This document shows positions 9,498-21,400 of a stretch of DNA of 35,987 nt, in pieces. A program made the position numbers and the translations under genes. Source of the stretch: Klebsormidium nitens (Eukaryota > Plantae > Klebsormidiophyceae); NCBI GenBank assembly GCA_000708835.1, contig DF237706.1:1-35987 (forward strand). Reading direction: 5' to 3'. The notes under the pieces are model-generated. The model was given only the letters and a program-made list of their open reading frames with translations. It had not been told where the DNA came from and searched no databases. How positions within the stretch are numbered: the stretch's first letter is position 1; each line of letters starts with the position of its first letter.

Positions 9498-10594
9498 TGC
9501 ACTTCGTCGTGAGTATCGAAGCGGGCGCTTTCGAGGATGACCAGCTGCCTGGTAAACACGAAAATGATCAACTGAAGTGCTCTTCATACGTCACTTCTAG
9601 AACCATGCCTAGCTAGACCTATCCAATCCCTGCCACCCATGTCAAGCCGCAGGGCAAGGGGCAAGACTGGAGGCTTGCATTCTGCCAGCTGGAAGCATCT
9701 CAGCCGTTCCCCAAGATACGGGTGGTTCTTCGTATCCAATCTGCATCGTCAAACTCCAACCGCTAAGCATCGACGGTTCCGGTTCCTTAGGCATCTGGGC
9801 AGTTGGATTCTATACCGGTCGCTTACTGCCGTCGGATGGAGGCAGGAAGTAACTCTCGACGCTTCGCTGGCGTCGATGCAAGCACGGCATTTGCATTGCG
9901 GGTGCTAGCGCTGCCTACCTAGGACTGCATTTGTTGGGCGCTCTTCTCTCTTGCTGCCTCTGAGCTCTCCCTCGTACACTTGTGCTCAGCACCCTATATG
10001 ATGTAGCTGTGCTGAGAAGATCTGCACGCAGCTGAAATCAGCAGCTGCAGCTTGAAAAAGGAGGATGCAAAACCTGCTTCTCAGGTTTTCTCAGACAAAC
10101 TTACTCAACATGCAATTTGCTTCTCATCCTGAAGGATGCACAATTGGAAAGCCGCAATTGCACCTTGCGCTTGGCAAAAAGTTTTACCAGTTTGAACTCG
10201 AGGGAGGCGGAGATTGTAAGTCTGTGAACAGGAGTTGCCGCGTTGAGCTCAATACTTTTCCTTAGCTGGGTCAGCTAGACCACTGGGGCAGAAGGCTCAA
10301 CTTTCATGGGGCGAGGAGCCCTTCGCCCTTGAAGCGTAGAGCAACCAGGGGGTTGCATCAGGTTATGTGACCCGCAGTTGAGCTTGCTGATCGCTGAGTG
10401 TTGTGAAACTTGAAGTTGAAAGATCGACGGCTACAATTGCAATCAGGCTACAGTATTTAAGTCTCACAGCTAGGAAGCCATGTTGGATCCTATCCTGGCA
10501 GTGGATGGAAGGACAGGGACTTGACCCAGGGGCCTTCGAAGGGCGAGACTTTGAAGCCTTGATCATTCAAGGTGGTGAAGCAACTGGATTGAAA

Positions 10595-13500
10595 ATGAAA
10601 CCTCGAGTGGTCGACGCGCAGAGGCTCAAAGCAGCCATCTTTCCCATCCTGTCTTTTCTGGTCGGAGTAGCGTTTACCCTTTTTTGGACAAATGAAGCTA
10701 GCAAACAGATTATCAGTGTGAACACGGGCGTAAGCTCTCCGGCAGAGGTGGATTCCATACAGAGGATCCATGAGGTGCGGTCAGGGATAGGCAGTGGATC
10801 GGTACAGGCTGCAGCGGCCTGGGGCAGGCCTAGACCTGTGGATGGGCCGCCAGGGCTGGAAGAGAGGAATGTTTCATGGGACGGGCCCTGGGTGGGGACT
10901 GAGTCACTGATGGCTCCAACCAAAACAGGTGAGGGTGCCTAAGTTCGTTCTGTAACTTGTTTTGACAGGATTCTGAGGCGTAGAGAAACCAGCAATTGTT
11001 AGAACAATGTCACATCAAAGTAGGGAGCACCTAAGCTTTCATTGTGACACTGCACTTATTGTCCTCAAGCTGAGAAGAAGGAGCACTTTACCTGAATTTA
11101 GTTCTTTGATCTGCATGTATGCAATACACTGTGTATCAATAGGGAGGGGTGAAAGTTGGGCGTCCTTGACCCCCTTCACTGATATCCTTGCTAGCATTGC
11201 TAAGACAACAATGTTGTGCACACGATGACCTTCTTTCGCCTGGCAGGACCGAGCTCAGTATGGGCTCTTTGATAGAAGCAAGCATCTTTAAGAAGGCCTC
11301 TTTGGTGCTTTGCCTTCCCTAAAGGCCCCCCAGGTCGAGCGAAAACAAATCCGCTGAGCTAGAAGTTACCCGGCAGCTGTGCTTGCTCAGCATTGTGACA
11401 AAAGTTGCACCCCAGTGTCTGTTTCCAGCATTTTGCCATACTTCTCTTGATTCACAGTCTCCATTCTTCGATCTCAAGGTCAGATCTCAAGGTTTACTGC
11501 AAAATTTGTTGGTCCGCATACCTTGTTTCTTCTCAGCTGGCCGTCTAATGCAGTTCCTGGAAACCATGAACCTGAGAAAAATGCTCTTGTTTCAATTTTT
11601 GTTTGCGTGTTTGAATTCAACCTTCACTGCCACCCTGTTTTGATACGAAGCTCTGCGGAACTTAATCGTTTCTGACTTTAGTAATAGTGGGTGTTCGACC
11701 CCAACTTAGCTTCTTTGGTGAGTGGGGCGTCTTCCTCCATGGTTATGTCTTCGAAATGGCTGTGTTTACCAGCAGGGCATCTTTGATTTTCCGGTGGTAC
11801 CATAGTTCTTAATTTGTTCTATGTAACATTAGTTGCGGCACTGGTTTTGTTGCCCCAGGCAAACAAACAGCTCAGGCGTCGATATGAACTTTGGCGTCTG
11901 TGGCTTTCGTTGCCCTGTATAACTTGGCCCAAGGGCTTGCTTTCTGCGCAATCCATTTGAAGCTGTTTTGAGTCTCAACATTACCCTTTTCTCAACGCAG
12001 GCCTACAGCACGTTCTCTTTGGCATTGGGTCCTCGTCCCAGAACTACCAGACCAGGAAGGAGCTCATCAAGCTGTGGTGGGGCCCCAGCAAGACACGGGG
12101 CTATGTCTGGTTGGATTCTCCTGTTGACGGTTATGATTGGCAGACGGAGGGGCTTCCTGAACCCCAGATCTCGGGGGACACGTCATCGCTCCCCTACAGC
12201 GGTGGGGGCCCTCGCTCGTGCCTCCGAATAGCCAGGATTGTGGTGGAGGCATACAGGTGCGGAACTCCTACATGGTTGGCAACTCTTGGAATAATGTTTC
12301 CATTGTGAACAGATGTTCTGGTTCGATAAACTGTTCGTCTTTGGGTGATCATTCCTCTTTCAAGCCCTTTGATCTGTTGCTGTGAGCTGTGCATAACGCC
12401 AGGCGTAAGATGGGAGGCTTGCTGGTGTTGTCATGGTTGTAGGAAGCAGTCTCCGACTCGACGTTGTCTCCAGCTTTGATCTGGAGAGACGTGTGCACGT
12501 CCTCCGATTCTGTTTCTGAAACGAGGAGATTGCCTGAGAGTCATCTTGAAAATCTTAGGACGCACTTGTGGCTGTCATTTCTATCCCCTTGGTCAAACCC
12601 GCCCGTTCGCAGTCAACGCTCCATTTTCTCACAGAACCGCCTGACACGAAACGCGGTCTTGGATGGACCTTTTGATCCTAAATACTTATTCTCATCCATC
12701 TCTGCCTGACAAATCACTTCCAAAAAGGAATCGACCAGTGGGGCTTCTACTGATAACCGCCGTCTATGTCACCTTCCCCAGGTTGAAGCTGCCAGACGTG
12801 CGATGGTTTGTGATGGGCGACGATGACACCATCTTCAACCCGGAGGTGTTGGCAGAGGTGCTAGCCGGGTGAGGCACAGCAGCCCTGTCTTCTCTTGCGA
12901 AGGCTCGAAGTACGACTCACTTGACCCCGTCCCGATCAAGTTCAACTGCTACGCAATCCTGCCACGGGATGGGCACCTCCATGCTGCGGATCGGCCTCAA
13001 GGATTGCTCTCTGTTGGATTGGGTGATGGGTAGTTCTAGCATCTTCATTCAACGAGCTCAAGACCAAAGGATCAGCAGAGTTGACACATGCCAAGCTGAT
13101 TTTTTCGAGGGTTCGTTCAAATGCTGCAAACAGTTGCTACCTTTGGGTCCCCCCTTGATGGGCCCTGTAAATCACTTCAAGCGCTACTGGCTGGCAGTGT
13201 CGTTCTCAAGCTTCCTTTATTCAGAAGAGGCGACGCTGTCGTACCTTCGGTTTTGGCCGTTGCCCGTCCAAAGAGTTTCTCCCCAAGGAAGTGCTTCCAT
13301 AAGCCGGCTCACAGAGCCGTCCACTCAAATCACTAGAGAACCGCACTCGTCTTCATCGAAGTGAAGGAAGTGCTTCCATAAGCGGGCTCACAGAGCAGCC
13401 GATTAACCTCGCACTCGTCTTCCATCGAAGCTTCAGCCTTAGGGGTTCCGCAACTCCGTTGGAGAGCTCTTCCGCTTTCGGAAATGTATGATCCGTCAGC

Positions 13501-14549
13501 GGGCGTCAAACTTTTCTCCACCGCTGTCAGACACCGACATGCTGCCCGTTACAATCCTTCGAACCGCTGCGGGTTTCAGGCCGACGCTTGTGATCAGGTT
13601 TTCAAGTCCTTAACGGTCCCCTTGTTTCGCCCCTCGGCGCAGGTACGACCACACGGAGATGCTGTACCTGGGCGGCAACAGCGAGACGCACGGCCAGATG
13701 GTCATCAACGGCTTCGAGATGGCCTACGGCGGCGGCGGCATCGCCATCAGCTGGCCGCTCGCGCACGCGCTGTCCCACACCATGGACTCGTGCATCGAGC
13801 GCTACCCGGAGCTCTGGGGCAGCGACGCGCGCGTGCACATGTGCACGGCGGAGCTCGGCGTGCAGGTGACACGTGTCAGGGGGTTCCACCAGTGCGACCT
13901 CAAGGGGAACGTCGCGGGGTTCCTGCAAGCGCACCCGCTCGCGCCGTTCGTCTCGATGCACCACGTGTTGCACTGGGACCCCGTCTTCCCCAACATGACC
14001 CACATGGACGCCCTCCAGCGGCTGACACGTGGCATGCACGCGGACCCCGTCAACTTCCTCCAGACGGCGTTTTGCGTGGACCAGCGGAAGCTCTTCTCGG
14101 TTGTGGTCTCGTGGGGCTACTCCGTGAAGCTGTCGATCGGGGCGTGGCGTGTTGGGGAACTAGAGCGGATCGAAACGACGTTCATGTCGTATCATTGGCG
14201 AAATTGGGCGGAGCAGTTTACGTTCGACACGCGCCCGGAGGTGCCGGTCGAAGGGGGCCAGTGCGGCACTCCGGTAGATCTGTGGATCGACGACATTCGG
14301 CCCGTGGCAGGAAACAAGATAGAGAGTACGTACTCTAGAAAGGTGCCTGTAAACCAGACGTCCTGCTCGCCCCACATCACTCGCATCTCCCAGGTGAAAG
14401 TGGTACGGGAGGCGCTGCCGTATTCGACGAGCCGGGATGGGTTGTCAAAAGGGCCGAACCTTCGGAGACAGTGTTGCCAGTCGCTCAAGTTCGATGCGAG
14501 CGGTTCGACGCTCTCGATCAACCTGGGGAGTTGCAACAGTGTGTTCTAG
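10595..14549 (+). CDS. DUF604 (Fringe/GT31-related) glycosyltransferase, type II membrane protein, about 527 aa
   Basis: Exons 10595-10928, 12001-12256, 12782-12868, 13643-14549 (an upstream in-frame ATG at 10505 is possible). N-terminal TM AAIFPILSFLVGVAFTLFW; motifs HVLFGIGSS, IKLWW..RGYVWLD, PDVRWFVMGDDDTIF (DxD), YGGGGIAISWPLA, HQCDLKG, HPLAPFVSMHH, RQCC. Confidence 0.93.
13285..13430. repeat. Imperfect tandem duplication (about 79/67 bp) in DUF604 intron 3
   Basis: AAGGAAGTGCTTCCATAAGC(C/G)GGCTCACAGAGC at 13285-13317 and 13364-13396 (32/33 identical), and CGCACTCGTCTTC(C)ATCGAAG at 13342-13361 and 13410-13430. Confidence 0.9.
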
Positions 14550-15690
14550 AGCAAGGTCGCAAGGCAGGGGCTTCCTGAAACAGTCATGCAGGTAGATGTA
14601 GTATTTATAAGAATACCGACACTTATTAGAGCATGCAGGGATAAACGACGTGGTGCAACAGTTGGCAGCACTAATGCCTCCACCACTTGGAAAAGTTTGT
14701 GGTAGATGAGGACTATGTAAGCTTGCGATCCAGGTTGTAATTACCTGTTTATAATTCATATGAGCAGCTAGCTGAGGACTCGTGTAAATTCCAACCGCAG
14801 GGTGTACTGAACAGTATGTCCCCGATATTGCAGCAAGCCAATTACCGCAATCGAGAATTCGAACCTGGCCCGGGCATGCTTGCCATAATTTGAGGAATTA
14901 TACGGCGAGTCGAATATTTGCCGCAATGCAACTCGCTGTAGCACGTAATTTTGCAGAGCTCTACGTACTTTCCAGCGCTTACATAAGTGTTGGCGGCTTT
15001 AGTGATCTGGATCTAGGTATAGCCAGGAATTAGCTCGATCATGGGGTATCTCATGTGCCCCGCGGCCGGGCATGCCATGCAGTATACGCATGACTATAGC
15101 TTGATCGCCGGTCTGAGATTTGTTCAAGCTAGGAAGTCAACTTGCACCGACCAGTTACGGCGGGTGGCCGCCATGAGCATGCACCGGCTACATGGTCCGA
15201 CCACATGCAATAATTTTGCCTCGATTTGCTGGCAAGCAGCTTTGCAAGTCCGACCGGCCCCTGCCGCGCGCCGCTGCATTAGAACGATTGAGTTTCCGAA
15301 CTGCGATTGGTGAGAATTATGTCCGTACGTACAATCCAACTGCATGGCTCCGATTCTACTATTCAATAATGCTACAGGCTAAATTGGTATCCAACGTTTT
15401 TGCAAAGGGTCACGCTGTTGGGGTTATGCTGCGAAGAATCAAACTCAGGCCCATGCCTTGGTGTGGCTACGTCGAGTCCGGACCACATGCGGCCTATGGT
15501 CACCGGGCGGTGCCACGAGCGTTTCGAACTTGAGAAGGGAACAGCACGGTGAAGGTCATCCGTACACGTGACTACAGATCTGCATTAATTCACTATTCTC
15601 AAAGCGGGATTCAACAGTTAATTCGAGTCACTTACAAACACTCTCTCAACTACATCCCCATGACGATCAAAGGGGCTCTTCGTAAGCAGA

Positions 15691-18437
15691 TTAGTACAAC
15701 CTACGCCTCAAACTTGTTTCCAAATCTGTTTCAATCCCTGTTAGTCGCCTTAGGTATCTTAGCAATGTCCGAATAGGCCCGGCTAACCCGCCCCCCGACT
15801 GACTCATCGACCCACCGCACTCTCCCTGCATCGTGTCAGGAATAACTTGCACGTTCTCCGGGCACAGCACCTGGAAGTGATCGCGATCACAGGCGCTCAG
15901 TGCTATAAACTTGGTCGACTCATAATTCTCCTGAAACTTCGCTACCTGGACGTCCAACGGCCTATAGTACTTGTCAATCGCGTTCACTAACCACTCTATA
16001 CCGGCCCTACTAAGGGCGTAGGCAGCCGTTCCCCAACTGGGGTGCGCAATGGTCAGCACCCGACCGGAGGTCTGGTTCTCAATCCAGGCCTGCTCGTCCG
16101 CTATGTGCATAAGAGGCCACCGCCGCAGGTACATGTAATGCCACGACTGGTTGCGCATCTCTGCACCCAAATCCGCATCCCTGTATGAACGAAGGATGGG
16201 CTGTGTCAGCGAAAAATCAGAAAGGCCGTGGTAAAGAGCTGGCCGTCAAAGCCTTCAAAGCTTTCAGAGGAACGCCGACGAGTAGCCAACGAAACCGAAA
16301 CTTTGCCGGCGAGGCCGAAGCCAAAACCGACATCGATGCAATTGTTTCCGGTGTAAAAGTCTGGCGGCATGCAAGGGCAATCGCCTGGCTCGTATTCTTC
16401 AATCTGACTGACTCATGGTTCCGGATGGTATAAAAAGCGCTTCGCATGCAGGAACAATTCGTTGCATTTCAACTCTATATCGTTGTCAAACGGGTGACCT
16501 CCAGATTGAAGAGCGGAGAAGCTTTTCAAAGGTGAAGGATCAAGTGGAGAGGTTGTAAAGTTGGCCGATCAACCCCGCAACTTCTTGACAGAAGTCCAAA
16601 CAAACTCTCAAGTCCGTTCGCCTTTCACTTCTAGCAAAAGCGCAGGATAGCAATTTCTATTCCTCTTGATATGCACCGATGCCTGTAGTAGCAAGCCCAA
16701 CCTTCTAACAAAGCCAGACCCTGCTCCATTGCGAATGACAAACCTCGACCAGGCTCTAAGCAAGACTTTGCTAGTTCTTGGCAAACCGATCGACAACTGT
16801 GGGAAGCGACGAGACGAGATGCAAGCACACCATCCCTTGCTCAGAGAAGTACAAGTCCTGTTGTCTGACTGGATTGAAAGATCCATCAGTGCTGGGCATC
16901 TTTTATTGGTCGAACAAGATAAAGTGCTCAACCATGTAGAGCAATAAAACATGAGAACCCGGAAAATTTTAAACACCTTACCTGAAGAAGCCCTCCAAGA
17001 GAGGAAGCGCCGTCTCATTGAGGAACACATCGTCCTCAAAGATTATGATTCTTTGATGGTTGTTCTCGTAGGCATGCCGCCAGAGCCGCACATGGGACCA
17101 GAGACACCCCAGCTCACCAGCCTGCATCGGTTCCGAAGAAGCGGTGTGAACAAGCGCCCAATTGATTTGATGGGCTGTGATTTTTTCAGATCGAATCGAG
17201 GTGCATACTGACAGGAAGATGATAACCTCAAATCAGCTGTTGACTGAGTTGCCTGTGTAAATCAGAGTGCAAAGGTAAATTTTCTGAACGATACATAAGC
17301 CGGCGCTATTCGCACAAGGTTGCCAGTCACATAAGGTGCCCACTCAAAGCACATCGAGCGGTGTTTGATGCATTCCTGACCCTCAGACTACTTCAAACAA
17401 CAAGGGCAAAAGATACCAATTGCCTCTTTGCCCGTAGAGCCAGCTAAGCGGACAGTGTCGTTTCCCCGTATATCCGTCTCTTTGATCCCAAACATGCCAC
17501 CATCAGTGAACTTCTCCGGTTCAAGCACAACCAGAATGGGAAGCCATTGCGAGCACTGAAATTGAACTGTTTTGAGATGCGAAGCCAGAGCGCAAAGAAG
17601 GAGGCCCTGTAAGTCGTCCAGCATCTGAAGCGTCTTCTTTCGTCCCAGTTTCTCCCTGCCAACAGCTCCTTCTCCAACCTCCGCGAAAACCCTTCCAACA
17701 AGGCATCCTCTCACCTTCAGCGTGTTCCCAGCCTGTGTTGACCAATCGATCTCCAGGGGCAGCGGCGGGTTCTGGAAGTCAATGTCCTGCCACGATGTCG
17801 CCTCCCACCTCAGCACTGGCAGCCCCAGACTGTCAGCAACGCTCTGCACCCACTTCCATCGGGTGACGCACCGCGGGATGTTCACAACGTAGATCTGATC
17901 CACTATCTTGGAGGCATTGCTAATTGGTGCACCGTCGCTCAAAGGAGAAACTATCTCTTGCTCAGTTGCATTAGTCTCAGTCTGATTGGTCTCACTCTCA
18001 TTGGGGACACTCGTGGCATTTATTACTGCCCCTGCACTTTCCTCAATCACTGCTTCCAGTACTTCCGTCTCCTTATCTTCCTCTAGCTGAACTCTGTCTA
18101 TCTCCTGGTCCTCTATCACCTCTTCCACCAAAGGGGTTTCTTCCACATCCCCTTTCGCCGCTTCTCGCCCCAACCCCTCCACCTTCAGCTCGTCAGCTGC
18201 GGCCTCTGCTGCCGTCACCTCCCTCTGAGCTGCAGGGTTTGACGTCACATTGACTCCAGCTCCAACCGGGACAAAACTTTGCCCTGCGTCTGATCTTACC
18301 TCAACCTCTGTCACCTCGTTTCCCTTTGACGATCGCGAGCGGTATGCCAAGCTCAGCGGGTAGATGATGATCACCAGGCACAGCCCCACCTGGAACACGC
18401 GCATCAGGGAGGGCCGCATAGCCGGGGGGCCGCTCAT
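15691..18437 (-). CDS. Glycosyltransferase family 25 (Lex2/LgtB, collagen galactosyltransferase-like domain), type II membrane protein with acidic stem, about 450 aa
   Basis: Exons (minus) 18437-17715, 17121-16982, 16180-15691 with consistent phases. TM VFQVGLCLVIIIYPLSLAY; GT25 motifs IYVVNIPRCVTRW, GELGCLWSHVRLW, IIIFEDDVF, WHYMYL, GTAAYALSRAGIEWL, PLD. Confidence 0.88.
16640..16968 (-). pseudogene. Possible decayed GT92/DUF23 or GT2-like (Glyco_tranf_2_4) fragment in GT25 intron 2
   Basis: Minus frame SHVLLLYMVEHFILFDQ*KMPSTDGSFNPVRQQDLYFSEQGMVCLH resembles H..lG.ehF.lyD..S.DG(S/T)....Y...G.V.l, followed by further stops. Motif recall only. Confidence 0.4.
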
Positions 18438-21400
18438 CCTGCCAGGCTTCTGCCAGTTCTGGCATCTCTCGCACGAGCTCAGCTAGCTTTGTCCCCCTGG
18501 CTTGATGTATTATTATATTCAATCTAGATTGGGCGAGAAGAGAGTCCGGGTGAAAGCGGCGGTTGCCTGTAACTTCCAAACTACTTGCGGTAATAGATTC
18601 TGATTCGTGCATTGCGACTGGATGAAAACATTGATCGAAAAGTTTTCAGCCGTTACCACGCTGATCCGATGATCGATTCTGAGCGGAGTTGCTGCATCAT
18701 GCACGCCCGCTGCGCGCGGGCCGCAAGTAACAGTGTGCCGCGGCCGCATAGTCGCCGCACTACGACATCTTTGCTTACTAGTTTCACGGCCCAGTAGAAG
18801 TGTGCGTTCCTGTAGCGAGATGCTGAGACGTCTCATGGCGCCAGCCCGTCTGTTGTTTCCTTGATTCGAGCTTGATTCACCCGGGCCAGTGACCCCGTCT
18901 CCATCGATCCGCCAGAGACTCTCAAGACTCAGACCTCAAGGAACCACCAGAAATTGATACACAAAACGGGCATGGAATCAGTATTAAACTAGGAATTGCG
19001 GCAACGCACAAAAATTTGCGCACTACCCGGTCAGAGAGCGTTCGAGACGCGCGGACCGGTTTGGACTTACACTCAGAAGTCACGTAAGCGATGCCGAACC
19101 AAATTCCCCAGCTTGACTCGAAGTCAGCGGGGCATGCAATGGAAAACTGCAAAACTACAATATCTTAGAAGACACCATTGTTCCAGACCCGTGCGAAATC
19201 ATGAACAGCTCTGTTCTACCGACAAGATTTGGAATTGGAGCTCGACATGAGGCCGGCCGAGACGAAATCTGCTGGAATCTATTAAAGTCCACGAGCCGTA
19301 TGTATGGCAAGGCGCTTGACCGTTGCCCGGCACTTACGCAAAAAGCTGGGGGCGATGTTTTAAGACTTTGAAAGTACAGATGGCACGAAGGCAACGTGAA
19401 GGCAACAACCAACTTGGCAGGAGCCTCGGGGAGCTCGCTTGAGAATCTAACAAAATCTAGCAGCAACGAAGGACACTACGAAAATTCTGGTCATGAGTTT
19501 ATGTAGAGTAGGCGGCCGCCTGGTGGTCACGGACCCACTGTTCTCAATGATCGGATAAACACAGCACTTATCAGACGAATCTCAAGACAAAGAACGCTTC
19601 AAGTCCCTTCAAGGCCTCTCGCGTGGACAAGACTGCAGGAAGAGGCGTATGATTCTGGAGATAGTGAAAGAGTCTTTTCAAGGAATGCAACTTCACAAGA
19701 TTATCGTCGTTAATGTTGAAGAGCGACCGAGCAATGACCATGTTGTCTACCTACAGTCAGGGCAGTGTGCTGCGGCTTGACGGCTTTTACTTCAATGGGC
19801 ACGAATTAACGGTGGCCAAGCCAACGGTTAAAAGTTCACGAATCTGGCGAATATGTACATCATTGTGAGCTTTGAGAGTCCGAGGGCAGATAATGATACA
19901 AGCGGTCTTCTAATGTTGGCTTGTGATCTTACTTTGTGCAACTCTGGGCCGCTCGACCTAGAGACAGTATTCGATGGGGTTTTGGCTGACAATCTCTACC
20001 AAGATTGTTTGTTTTTCGAAAGAATAAGTCCTCGGCAGTACCCCTGGTTGAACGAGCAAGGCTTTGGTTTCGCCTCACAATCTGGACTTGCCATACAAGG
20101 ACGTGGAAAGTTTTGTTCACCCAATATCGGGTACAAACGTCTCGGCAGCTAAGATGAAAGAGGCTTCGCATGCGACTGGCACATAGTTATGCGACGCCCA
20201 ATAAGCTATGCTGCTTTTCGCAACAGATAATCGCAGACGTAGTGTGCGAGGCCGACCTCGACCGCCCAGCCATTTAGTTTGACGCATAAGCACATAAGTC
20301 TCAACATTGATAGCGCCCCATTGGTCAAATCTGATTTCCACGAAGCCCGATCCGGCTTTTCTCCTTCATCCCTTCCGCACTTCTTGGTTCCGGCCTACGT
20401 TGCCATCGTTTCTTTCCTGAGATGAAGCCGCAAAAGTCTCTCGTGAGCACAGCAACGGGCGATCTGCTTCGACCTGCTTCCCCGTTCTTTGCCTTGCTCC
20501 AATTTTGCATGTCAGCAAGCAGGCTGCGAGCTGCGCCGGATCGTTGAGAGTTTCATGCGCATATCAAGGTGTAAGCCGCTGGACTAGAGGTTCGATATGA
20601 TCAGACGGCCGCCACGGCGAAGATGCTCCAAGGTCACTCGGACGTCCTCCAGGCAACTGTTTGAGGTAACTGGACGGCTATGACGCAGCATGAGGCAAAC
20701 CGAAGTCAATCAACGTCAGGCTAGCTGTGGTTCTAGCTCTGCATGACGGGCTCAGTGTTTGACGTTCATGCAACGTACACATTGGCCTGGCAAGAGTACT
20801 GCAAGGAGAATGATTTGGGGCCCGGTGCAGATATATGCCACTACATCTTCCAAACGGCCGGTCACCTTCTGCGCTAGAGGAATAAGAAAGTTCTGCATGC
20901 TAACTCATTTCCCGTGCCAGCTTTATTTCTCTTGTTCGGAGGCGCGGCCCGGGCCGGCCCCGCCCGGCCGCCCCAGCACATGAGACAATACATGAAGGAA
21001 CGTCCGCGAACTTAGCAAAGCTGCCAAGGGTCAACGGTGGCGTGCCGGCAATTCAATATTCATGCAAAGCCGAAAACTGTCGGAAGCACTCGGTCATGAT
21101 CGATCATGTACGTGAAAGGCCGCGTCACTGAGCTACAGCTAGCGAATCAGCATCGACATGGTTTCTTGCACGCTGCAGGGTCACGGTCTACACCGTGGCA
21201 CGGTCCTCGAGTCGATTGCGACCCCGCGCCGGCCGGCGGCGCACTAGCGAGTCACCTTCTCTAGTTGAGATTGCGCCTCTCAGTCTGCCATGTGCACGCA
21301 ACACTATAAATCGTTGGAAATGATTGCAACCAGCTTCAATGAGAGAGCGCGGTATCAGGACCATGCCAGATTAAGTCATGCATCGAACTTGAACCCGCCG

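Noticed and set aside
11182-11189. ATATCCTT as an AT-AC intron donor in the DUF604 gene
   Set aside because: Lies inside a GT-AG intron that already preserves frame; no exon or matching U12 branch/AC acceptor identified.
13484-14338. Long overlapping ORFs 13484-14338 (+) and 13602-14039 (-)
   Set aside because: Shadow frames of the very high-GC3 DUF604 exon; low-complexity translations with no motifs.
17388-17714. The 349-aa ORF as the complete GT25 protein
   Set aside because: It lacks EDD and the C-terminal motifs. A GTGAGA donor at 17714 and two downstream exons restore the full domain.
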